From a bacterium (GTDB lineage: Bacteria > Acidobacteriota > Aminicenantia > Aminicenantales > Aminicenantaceae), in NCBI GenBank assembly GCA_018335295.1, contig JAGXKI010000008.1, positions 635-64,634 on the forward strand: 64,000 bases of DNA, read 5' to 3'. The position numbers and the translations under genes were made by a program. Below, piece after piece: positions 38,983-47,147 of the stretch; the first letter of the stretch is position 1; each line of letters starts with the position of its first letter. The notes under the pieces are model-generated. The model was not told the origin of the DNA and made no database searches. It saw nothing but the letters and a program-made list of their open reading frames with translations.

Positions 38983-40613
38983 TGAAAGACAAACTCAAAG
39001 AAAAGGAACAAAAGAAACAAAAAAACAGTCTGTCCGAAGAGGAAGAAACCCAACGTCTAGCCCGGAGGTATCAGGTTTCCACCATTGACCTTTCCTCATG
39101 TGCTTTGGATAGGGATTTGATTCAATCCTTTCCTGTTGATTTTCTTTACCGGTCTTGCTTCATTCCTGTTGAAGAAAATGAAGAGGGAATTAAAATCGCC
39201 ATTGCTGACCCCTCCGATATTGAAACCATCGATTCGATTGAATCTTTTAAGGGAAAGAAGGTTGAGGTGTGTGCGGCACCTCGTCAGGCCATTTATGAAG
39301 CTCTGCGGAAAAGTGAGACAGCGATACAGCTTCTCAGGGATGCCACCGAAGGGTATGTCATGAAGGTGGTGGATAAAGAAGGCACTGAAGAGGGAGAAGA
39401 TGCGATTTCGGTAGAAAAACTAGCTGATCAAGACGGCTCTATTATCAAACTGGTGAATTCCATCATTTTCACCGCTGTTCAAAAAAGAGCCAGCGATGTG
39501 CATATTGAATCCCGGGAAGAAGGGGTGATCATCAAATATCGGATTGACGGGGTTTTGAGTGAGGCTATGGAGCCGATCGATAAAAGATTCCATTCGGCCA
39601 TCATATCTCGGATCAAGGTGATGTCAGATCTGGATATAGCTGAGCGGAGAGTCCCTCAGGATGGACGGTGTCGTTTGAAAATCAAAGACAAGACCATAGA
39701 TTTTCGAATTTCCATCATGCCCGGGATCTATGGTGAAGATGCGGTGATTCGGGTCCTGGATAAAGAAATGATTACTGAGGCTATATCCGAATTGAGGTTG
39801 GATTTGTTGGGACTTTCTGAGGAACTTCTTTATAAATTCCGGAAGCATATCTTCCAACCCTATGGAATGGTGCTGGTCACCGGTCCCACAGGAAGCGGGA
39901 AAACCACTTCTCTTTACGCAGCTTTGACTGAAATCAAGTCTCCGGAAGATAAAATCATCACCATAGAGGATCCTGTGGAGTACCAAATCGACGGTATCAC
40001 CCAGGTCCCGGTGAATGAGAAAAAAGGGCTTACTTTTGCTCGAGGATTGAGGTCAATTTTACGTCATGATCCGGATAAAATCATGGTGGGAGAAATCAGG
40101 GATCCCGAAACAGCTCAGATCGCCATTCAGTCAGCTTTGACCGGCCATCTTGTGTTCACCACTGTCCATGCCAACAATGTCTTTGATGTCATCGGACGAT
40201 TCCTCCATATGAATGTAGATCCCTACAGTTTCATTTCATCTTTGAACGGCATCATGGCCCAAAGACTGGTCCGGGTCCTGTGTCCTTACTGCAAGAAATC
40301 AGTGAAGTATGAACCTTCTCAATTGAAAGAATCCGGGCTGAATCCTGAGACATTCCAGAATCAGGATTTTTATGAGCCTCAAGGATGTCCTCAGTGCCGG
40401 TTCACGGGTTTCCGGGGAAGAACCGCCATTGCGGAGCTGCTGGAGCTTTCCGATGAGATCAGAGAGATGATCGTGGATAAGAAACCCCTCTCTGAAGTGA
40501 AAAAAAGAGCCAAGGCTGAAGGAATGGTCTTTTTAAGAGAAGAAGGGATAAAAAAAGTGTCCCAAGGGCTTACCAGTCTTCGGGAATTGAATAAGGTGAC
40601 TTTTGTGGAGTAG
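38982..40613 (+). CDS. pilB: Type IV pilus assembly ATPase PilB / GspE family with N-terminal GspE_N domain and tetracysteine zinc site
   Basis: VTGPTGSGKTTS Walker A, Asp box, His box, CPYC...CPQC. Confidence 0.9.
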   Translation: MKDKLKEKEQKKQKNSLSEEEETQRLARRYQVSTIDLSSCALDRDLIQSFPVDFLYRSCFIPVEENEEGIKIAIADPSDIETIDSIESFKGKKVEVCAAPRQAIYEALRKSETAIQLLRDATEGYVMKVVDKEGTEEGEDAISVEKLADQDGSIIKLVNSIIFTAVQKRASDVHIESREEGVIIKYRIDGVLSEAMEPIDKRFHSAIISRIKVMSDLDIAERRVPQDGRCRLKIKDKTIDFRISIMPGIYGEDAVIRVLDKEMITEAISELRLDLLGLSEELLYKFRKHIFQPYGMVLVTGPTGSGKTTSLYAALTEIKSPEDKIITIEDPVEYQIDGITQVPVNEKKGLTFARGLRSILRHDPDKIMVGEIRDPETAQIAIQSALTGHLVFTTVHANNVFDVIGRFLHMNVDPYSFISSLNGIMAQRLVRVLCPYCKKSVKYEPSQLKESGLNPETFQNQDFYEPQGCPQCRFTGFRGRTAIAELLELSDEIREMIVDKKPLSEVKKRAKAEGMVFLREEGIKKVSQGLTSLRELNKVTFVE

Positions 40614-41547
40614 GAGGAAGAATTCTTTGATAAACAAAATAAAAAATTTCTTTATCCAACCCTCCTCTCTTCATTCCGCTTTCCAGTTTTCTTCTCAGTA
40701 CGGAGGAGGAATTCTTATATCTCCAAGAAATAGAGCTGTCAGGGAATGTTTTTTTGTCTCTCTAGGAAATGGTGAAATCATACGGCCTTCCTTTCATAAA
40801 AAAAACATCCTCAACCCCTCTCTTTTAGAAAAAAAGATGAAACCAGAAATCCAAAAGCTTCAGCTCGACGACCCAAGGGTGATTTTTCTTCTTCCGGATT
40901 TATCCCAAAAGGCTCTTGTTTTCACTTTGGATTCCTTTCCCCGGTCTCCTCAGGATAGAGAGCAAATATTGTGGTACCGAATCAAAAAACAAATCCCCCT
41001 GCTGCCTTCCGATGTTCGACTCTCCTATGATTGGTTTTTTTCTGGAGAAAAAATTAGAGTCCTTACTTCGGTAGCCCGAAAATTGGTTATAGAGGAATAT
41101 GAAAATTTTTTCCGAAAATTTCAATTGAGAGTGGGAATCGTGGGAGTTGTTTCCCTGAGTTTGCTCAGTCTTCTCAAAAAAGAAAAGAATTTTATACTTG
41201 CCAATATTGAACAGGACTCCTTCAGTTTGTTATCCACGGTCGATGGAAATCTGGTTCTCTATCGCCAAAAATCCCTTCCCTCTGTTCCTCTCCAGTCTCT
41301 CAATAAAAGTTTGGATGTTCTTGTCCAGGAGATAAAGAATACAGCCAACTATCTCGAAGATAGAGAAAAGAAAAAAATCCCAAACGTATGGATACGTTTG
41401 GGATGGGTGGAAAAGGAAGAAGAGGTGTTTCATCGGTTAAAGGAAGAGCTTCCTTTTTCGGTCAAGAGAATTGAAAATTCGATTCCCTATTCCATGAAGG
41501 GGAGAGAAAAAAGAGTCCTCTCTCCTTCCATAGGACAGTTCGGATGA
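40603..41547 (+). CDS. pilM: PilM-like (actin-like) type IV pilus assembly protein
   Basis: Size, position before a PilN-like gene, weak PilM-like segments; assignment mainly contextual. Confidence 0.5.
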   Translation: MWSRRKNSLINKIKNFFIQPSSLHSAFQFSSQYGGGILISPRNRAVRECFFVSLGNGEIIRPSFHKKNILNPSLLEKKMKPEIQKLQLDDPRVIFLLPDLSQKALVFTLDSFPRSPQDREQILWYRIKKQIPLLPSDVRLSYDWFFSGEKIRVLTSVARKLVIEEYENFFRKFQLRVGIVGVVSLSLLSLLKKEKNFILANIEQDSFSLLSTVDGNLVLYRQKSLPSVPLQSLNKSLDVLVQEIKNTANYLEDREKKKIPNVWIRLGWVEKEEEVFHRLKEELPFSVKRIENSIPYSMKGREKRVLSPSIGQFG

Positions 41548-42104
41548 ACCATCAGCAGCCTTTGAGAATAAACCTGGCAAGCAGACCTTTGAGAAATAGA
41601 CGATTGTTCTTCATGCTTTTAGCTGTAGGAGCATTGGGTATCCTCTTCCTGGCGGTTGTGAGTGGGAGTGCTTTCGTCTCTTATAAAAAGAAGAATGCAA
41701 ACCTGCATTCTTCTTTAATTCAGGTTCAGGAACAGATTGAGAAGAGCCAAAACACCCACAACCAATTATCCAGGAAAATCAAAAAGGTGGCTCAGAAGCA
41801 CCGGAAAAAGATTGACCGGCTGAATGAAATTATACATAAAAAAAGTTTTTCCTGGGTGGATTTTCTTTCTGCTTTGGAAAATTCTCTTCCCTCTTCCTGT
41901 TATATCGTTTCCCTCTCTCCGTCACAAAAAGGAGAATCCCAGTTAGAAGTGAGGTTTAGGGTGGTTTCTCCCCATTTGGATGAACTTTTGAAATTTATTG
42001 ACCGGATGAATGCCCAGAATTTCAAAAAAATCCGGGTTATAAGCGAATCCAAGAACGAAAAGGGAGATTTGATTTCAGAGATTTCGTTTACTTATGAATC
42101 CTAA
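41544..42104 (+). CDS. pilN: PilN-like bitopic pilus assembly protein
   Basis: N-terminal INLASRPLRNRR (cf. PilN INLLP motif), single TM, coiled coil. Confidence 0.6.
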   Translation: MNHQQPLRINLASRPLRNRRLFFMLLAVGALGILFLAVVSGSAFVSYKKKNANLHSSLIQVQEQIEKSQNTHNQLSRKIKKVAQKHRKKIDRLNEIIHKKSFSWVDFLSALENSLPSSCYIVSLSPSQKGESQLEVRFRVVSPHLDELLKFIDRMNAQNFKKIRVISESKNEKGDLISEISFTYES

Positions 42105-42660
42105 AGAAATGTTTAAATTTTTTGACCAGAAAGAGAGAAAAATATTAGGGGGGATGGGTCTTATTCTTTTCGCCCTGATCTTGTTCCATTTTTTCATTGC
42201 TTTGGGGGAGAAAAGAGCCTATCTTCATTCCAGGGAATTACTGGAAGTCAAAAAAAATAAACTGCAGAAGATGGAAAAGGAAAAGATTCAGTTAGAAAAG
42301 GAGTGGGAGCGATGGGTTCAGGCGCGGCAGGATATGAAAGAGTTGAAGGAAAATTATCTCTACACCTCCGAAGAAGGGGTAGAAATATTGAGGAAAGACC
42401 TCCAAAAAATTTTTAGAGGGTCATCGGTACAGATATCCCCATTGAGGTATGATTATCCAAAGTCAGAGGAGAAAAATATCCAGAGAATTCAAGTAAGCTT
42501 TGATGCGACGGGTTCTTATTTTTCTTTGAAAAAATTCATCCATGACATCGAGATATTCCCCAAGTTTTTGACCATAGAAAAAATTGATTTTATAGATATC
42601 AATCCGGAATCGGGGATTCTCAAATTAAATTTAGTGGTATCGGGATACTATGAAGACTAA
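42094..42660 (+). CDS. pilO: PilO-like bitopic pilus assembly protein
   Basis: Single TM + coiled coil + C-terminal domain; gene order. Confidence 0.5.
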   Translation: MNPKEMFKFFDQKERKILGGMGLILFALILFHFFIALGEKRAYLHSRELLEVKKNKLQKMEKEKIQLEKEWERWVQARQDMKELKENYLYTSEEGVEILRKDLQKIFRGSSVQISPLRYDYPKSEEKNIQRIQVSFDATGSYFSLKKFIHDIEIFPKFLTIEKIDFIDINPESGILKLNLVVSGYYED

Positions 42661-43147
42661 ATATTTTATCTTGGCCTTTTTATTTTTAAGTTTAAGTTTT
42701 ATGGGGGAAGGAAGTGAACAAGAAGAAAAGTCTGTAGACCGGGAAGGAAAAAAAATGGAGAAGCCCCCGCTGGTGAGGATAGATTTGTTGGATTGGAAAG
42801 AAGAAAAATTAAAGCCTCCGGCTCGAAACATATTTTCTTCCTCATTATCTTCATTTGAACCTTCTCACCCTGTTGAAAAAGAATCGATGACCCATCCTCC
42901 CGCTCAAGAAGAAAACGCCCCCAGCACTCCCTCCCCTTCCTTTATAAGGCTTCGTTATGTCGGGTGTGTCTTTTCAGGCGAAAAAATCGTGGGTCTTGTG
43001 ATTTTTGAAGGTGAAACGTTAGCGGTGGAAAAAGGAGACTCCCTAACTTCAAAGTTTCAGGTGAAGGAAATCACTCCCCAAAAAATAGTGGTGCAAGGTT
43101 CTGATTCCCATAAAAAGTCTTATCCTCTGGAAGGAGAGGAGAAATGA
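42650..43147 (+). CDS. pilP: PilP-like secreted/lipoprotein pilus assembly protein
   Basis: Signal peptide, Pro/Ser-rich linker, C-terminal beta domain; gene order before secretin. Confidence 0.4.
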   Translation: MKTKYFILAFLFLSLSFMGEGSEQEEKSVDREGKKMEKPPLVRIDLLDWKEEKLKPPARNIFSSSLSSFEPSHPVEKESMTHPPAQEENAPSTPSPSFIRLRYVGCVFSGEKIVGLVIFEGETLAVEKGDSLTSKFQVKEITPQKIVVQGSDSHKKSYPLEGEEK

Positions 43148-45288
43148 AAAAAATATCTGTTTTGATCGTAATAAGTTTACTGTTTTGGAGCTGTGCTACG
43201 TTCAGCCGGAACTATAAATTGGGAACAGAGGAAGCCGTGAATAAAAATTGGGATAAGGCTGTGGAATACTACCAGAAAGCTCACTTGAACCATCCTAAAA
43301 ATTCAGTCTACCGTCTCGCCCTGATCAGAGCTAAGATCTCAGCCAGTTACTCTCATCTTATGAAAGCCCGAAACCTCGCTTCTCAGGGAAAAAAGGAAGA
43401 GGCTGTCCAAGAATATGAAAAAGCCTTCTCTTATGATCCCTCAAACCGAAGGATTGCCCAGGAAATTAAAGAACTCACTGAGGAGAAGGAAAAAGAAGAA
43501 GAAAAAACTCTCAAGAGAGAGATTGAACCTCCGGTGAAGCTTCAAGTGAGGGAGGAAAAGTTAGATCTTAAATTTCATGAAGCCAGCCTCCGGTCTATCT
43601 TTATGGCTCTGGGCAAACATGCGGGAATCAACATCATGTTCGATCAGCAGTTTAAAGATATTCCCTTTACCATCAATCTGGAAGGAATGACCTTTGAACA
43701 AGCGATGCATTCGCTCTGTCTGGCATCCAAAAATTTCTACAGGGTGATCGATGCGAAAACTCTTATTGTGGTCCCTGACCAGCCTGTTAAGAGAGCCCAG
43801 TACGAGATTGAGGCCATCAAAACCTTCTATCTTTCCAACATCAAAGCTGAAGAGATTCAAGGTTCTCTTCAGCAGATGCTCCGGACTCAGTACAAAGCGC
43901 CCACTATCATTGTGGATAAAAACCTGAACTCCTTGACCATAAGAGATTCTCCTCAAGCGGTGGAATTGGCCCAAAAGGTTATCCGCCTTTGGGATAAGCC
44001 GAAAGGGGAAGTGGTTATCGATATGGAAATTATGGAGGTTTCCAGGAAAAGGATGAGAAAATTGGGACTGGACTTCAATCAATACATCGTGGGCATGAGA
44101 TATGGAGGAACTGGAGGTGGGGGAGAGACAGAAGAATCCGGATGGGTCAATATGAAAGATATCGATTTTTCCAAGGCAGAGAATTATCAATTTAGTCTTC
44201 CTTCTTCCCTGCTTCAATTTTTAGAGACCGATTCGGATACCAAGATTATTTCTCAGCCTCGGCTGCGGGGAATTGGAGGTGAGGAGATCGAATACATGGT
44301 GGGAGATCGAATCCCCATTCCCCGTACTACCTTCCAGCCGATGGCTGCCGGCGGGATCAGTCAGCAGCCGGTAACCTCCTTTCAGTTTGAGGATGTGGGG
44401 ATCAATGTGAAAATCACCCCCAGAATTCATAAGGAAAGGGAGGTAACCTTGGAATTGGAGATGGAGATCAATGCCCTAGGGGGCTCCGGTTATGCAGAAA
44501 TCCCTATCATTTCCTCAAGAGAAGTCAAGAATACCCTCCGTCTCCGGGATGGAGAAACCAATATCCTGGGTGGTTTGCTTAAAGAGGAAGAGAGAAAAAC
44601 CATGAAGGGAATTGCGGGCCTAAAAAGCATCCCTATTTTGGGAGATTTGTTTTCCAACACCGATCAGACTATTGAGCAGACCGATGTGATTCTCACCATT
44701 ACTCCCCGGATCATTCGGGAAATTCCTTTGACTGAGGAAGATTTAAAGCCTTTATGGGTGAATTTATCTGGAATCTCTCCCACCCAGAAAGGCACCCAGA
44801 AAGTGCCTGAAGAAGAACTTATGGAACGTATGCGGAGGGAAAGGAGGACCCCGGAAAAAGAAGAACAGGCTGGAGAAAATCAGGTGTTCCTTCATCCCTC
44901 TGACTTGAGTGTTCCTCAAGGTCGGGAATTTCGGGTTAACGTGAATCTTCGGAGCGCTAACGAAATCTCCAACCTCTCGGTCAATGTGAATTTCAACTCC
45001 CAAATACTGGAATTAAAGGAAGTGGTTCGAGGCACGGCTGTTCGGCAATTAGGAGAAAAGGCTCCGTTTTTGAGTAATATTGACAATTCTTCCGGGAGCT
45101 GCACCATCGGTTTTTCCAGTCCCGATGTCAGCCAGGGATATAAAGGAACCGGAAGGTTGGCCACGTTGGTATTTGTTTCAGAAGCAAAAGGAGAGACCGA
45201 AATTTCTTTATCCAGTGTCACAGCCAATGCTCCTTCTGGGGAACCGGTCTCTTTGAACAGAGGAACTTCCCAAGTTAAAGTCAAATAA
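43144..45288 (+). CDS. pilQ: Type IV pilus secretin PilQ with N-terminal TPR lipoprotein-like module and C-terminal cohesin-like extension
   Basis: Signal/lipobox-like LFWSC; TPR helices; Secretin_N (NolW) segments; secretin core ...GIAGLKSIPILGDLFS...VILTITPRII; about 190-aa C-terminal beta-sandwich-like tail. Confidence 0.85.
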   Translation: MKKISVLIVISLLFWSCATFSRNYKLGTEEAVNKNWDKAVEYYQKAHLNHPKNSVYRLALIRAKISASYSHLMKARNLASQGKKEEAVQEYEKAFSYDPSNRRIAQEIKELTEEKEKEEEKTLKREIEPPVKLQVREEKLDLKFHEASLRSIFMALGKHAGINIMFDQQFKDIPFTINLEGMTFEQAMHSLCLASKNFYRVIDAKTLIVVPDQPVKRAQYEIEAIKTFYLSNIKAEEIQGSLQQMLRTQYKAPTIIVDKNLNSLTIRDSPQAVELAQKVIRLWDKPKGEVVIDMEIMEVSRKRMRKLGLDFNQYIVGMRYGGTGGGGETEESGWVNMKDIDFSKAENYQFSLPSSLLQFLETDSDTKIISQPRLRGIGGEEIEYMVGDRIPIPRTTFQPMAAGGISQQPVTSFQFEDVGINVKITPRIHKEREVTLELEMEINALGGSGYAEIPIISSREVKNTLRLRDGETNILGGLLKEEERKTMKGIAGLKSIPILGDLFSNTDQTIEQTDVILTITPRIIREIPLTEEDLKPLWVNLSGISPTQKGTQKVPEEELMERMRRERRTPEKEEQAGENQVFLHPSDLSVPQGREFRVNVNLRSANEISNLSVNVNFNSQILELKEVVRGTAVRQLGEKAPFLSNIDNSSGSCTIGFSSPDVSQGYKGTGRLATLVFVSEAKGETEISLSSVTANAPSGEPVSLNRGTSQVKVK

Positions 45289-45387
45289 GAAAAATTTACA
45301 TCCTTACTCGATTCGTAATCAATAGGAATCTTTTTTGGGGAATGAAGCACCTTTTTCCAGAGATAATGGCTGTTTTCTTTATAAAGA

Positions 45388-45495
45388 GGATGGGTGGCAC
45401 GGGATACCCTACCGCCCGCCCGCAGCGGAAGGGACCCACTGGGGGATGGGTGGAGTGAGGACGGACGGAGGGTATCCCGTGACAGGACCCATCCT
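45388..45495. other. GC-rich structured intergenic element: 13-bp inverted repeat CACGGGATACCCT / AGGGTATCCCGTG around a 48-nt GC-rich loop; its 3' end is an inverted copy of the repeat-family core (CCGTGACAGGACCCATCC)
   Basis: Read directly; composition contrasts with AT-rich surroundings. Confidence 0.35.
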
Positions 45496-45561
45496 AAAAA
45501 AATTCTTGTTGGTAACCCCCGATTGACTATTGCGGGTGATTGGGCTAAAATTCACCAGACT

Positions 45562-45635
45562 GGCGGTGTAGCTCAGTCGGTTAGAGCATGCGGCTCATAT
45601 CCGCAGCGTCGGGGGTTCGATTCCCTCCACCGCCA
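45562..45635 (+). tRNA. tRNA with CAT anticodon: elongator tRNA-Met or tRNA-Ile2 (lysidine). Not initiator, since base pair 1:72 is G:C
   Basis: Cloverleaf folded by hand: 7-bp acceptor GGCGGTG/CACCGCC, D and T arms, anticodon loop CTCATAT; no encoded CCA. Confidence 0.85.
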
Positions 45636-45731
45636 TTTATTTTTGTTTTTGATGAGCACTGAGAAAATTTGCTCTTTTGCATTCGTCTTTCAGACATCCA
45701 GATATTTTAGAGGGGATAAAGAATTCCATAG

Positions 45732-47147
45732 GTGAATAATAAATTTCAGAGGGGTAGGCCTTCCATGATTCTTCAGAAATTCAAACAGTTCATCGAAAAG
45801 AAGGGTCTGTTGGAAAAAGGAGAAGGGGTCTTGATTGCTTACTCGGGAGGTATTGATTCCACAGGGCTTCTTTCTTTGTTTCTGGAAATCAAACAAGAGT
45901 GGAATCTTCATCTTTATCTGGCTCATTTCAACCACCGGTTGAGGTCCACGGCCTTCAAGGATGAACTGTTTGTCAGAAAAGTGGCTCGGTCTTTTTTTCT
46001 TCCCTTGTTTGTGGGATCCCAGGATGTTCGCTCCTATGCTCAGGAGAAGGGGGTGAATCTGGAGGAAGCCGGAAGGAGGCTCCGTTATGAGTTTTTAAAC
46101 CAGACAGCTTTGGGTGAAGGGATTCAGAAAATAGCTACTGCTCACACCCTGAATGATCAGGCCGAAACAGTTCTGATGAGGATTCTGAGGGGAACCGGTT
46201 TGAAGGGACTGACAGGAATTTCCCCTCAGGTCAATGGGAATATAATCCGGCCTCTTTTGAATATCGAAAAAAAAGAAATCCAGGATTATCTCCAGAAAAA
46301 GGGGATGTCCTTCTGTGTGGATGAAAGCAACAAGAATCGGCGTTACACCCGAAACAGGATTAGAGAAGAGTTGATCCCTTATCTGGAAAGAAATTATGCT
46401 ACAGGAATCATTCCTCGATTGGGGCGTCTGGCCTCTCTGGTTCAAGAAGAAGAGGCTTATCTTGAAAAAAGCGCCAAGGAAAAAGCTCGAGAATTTTTTT
46501 CCCTAAGAAACAACCGCCTCTGTCTTCAAGCAGATTTGACCTCCCGAATCCCTTTAGCCTTGGCTCGGCGGGTTGTGCGGGAGTTTGTTTCCAAGATCAA
46601 GGGAGATTTGCGGGGAGTCTCTTATGAGGATGTGGACCAAATCCTGAGTTTGGAGGGAGGGAAAAAGTATTCCTTGAAAGGGGGGATTCTTTTATGCAGA
46701 GAGAATGATTGGATATTTTCAAAGGAAAAGAAATCTTTCCCTTTGAATTATGAATATGAATGGTCCGGTAAAGAGCTTTTAGAGATTAAAGAGATCGGTT
46801 TGAAGTTCAGAGGAGCGAAGCAAAAACTGGAGGGAATGATTCCTGATTTCAATGACAATCAGAGAGTTTGCCTGGATCTTGCCAAATTGGATTTTCCCCT
46901 TCGAGTCCGCAACCGGCGGAAAGGAGATAAATATCAACCCTTGGGAGCACCAGGTCGGAAAAAGCTCAAGGAGATTATGAGATCCCGAAAGATTCCTCGA
47001 GGGGAAAGGGAAAAACGTCCGGTTTTTCTCTCCGCGGGAGAGATCGTCTGGATTTTGGGACTTCCTGTCTCTGAAAAGTTCAAAATCACTGAAGATACCC
47101 TAGAATCCTTCAAAATCGAAAAGATAGAGTCCTATCTTTCCAAATAA
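45732..47147 (+). CDS. tilS: tRNA(Ile)-lysidine synthetase TilS (GTG 45732 per ORF track; ATG 45765 after GAGGGG is the likelier start)
   Basis: LIAYSGGIDST PP-loop (SGGxDS), 471 aa. Confidence 0.85.
   Translation: MNNKFQRGRPSMILQKFKQFIEKKGLLEKGEGVLIAYSGGIDSTGLLSLFLEIKQEWNLHLYLAHFNHRLRSTAFKDELFVRKVARSFFLPLFVGSQDVRSYAQEKGVNLEEAGRRLRYEFLNQTALGEGIQKIATAHTLNDQAETVLMRILRGTGLKGLTGISPQVNGNIIRPLLNIEKKEIQDYLQKKGMSFCVDESNKNRRYTRNRIREELIPYLERNYATGIIPRLGRLASLVQEEEAYLEKSAKEKAREFFSLRNNRLCLQADLTSRIPLALARRVVREFVSKIKGDLRGVSYEDVDQILSLEGGKKYSLKGGILLCRENDWIFSKEKKSFPLNYEYEWSGKELLEIKEIGLKFRGAKQKLEGMIPDFNDNQRVCLDLAKLDFPLRVRNRRKGDKYQPLGAPGRKKLKEIMRSRKIPRGEREKRPVFLSAGEIVWILGLPVSEKFKITEDTLESFKIEKIESYLSK

Noticed and set aside
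45562-45635. tRNA as a genomic-island integration site
   Set aside because: No integrase, transposase, direct repeat of the tRNA 3' end or compositional island boundary is visible on either side. The flanking genes are core functions (pilQ, tilS).
45394-45735. 113-aa plus-strand ORF spanning the GC-rich hairpin and the tRNA
   Set aside because: It overlaps a well-folded tRNA gene and a structured GC-rich element, with no RBS. It is an artefact of GC-rich non-coding sequence.
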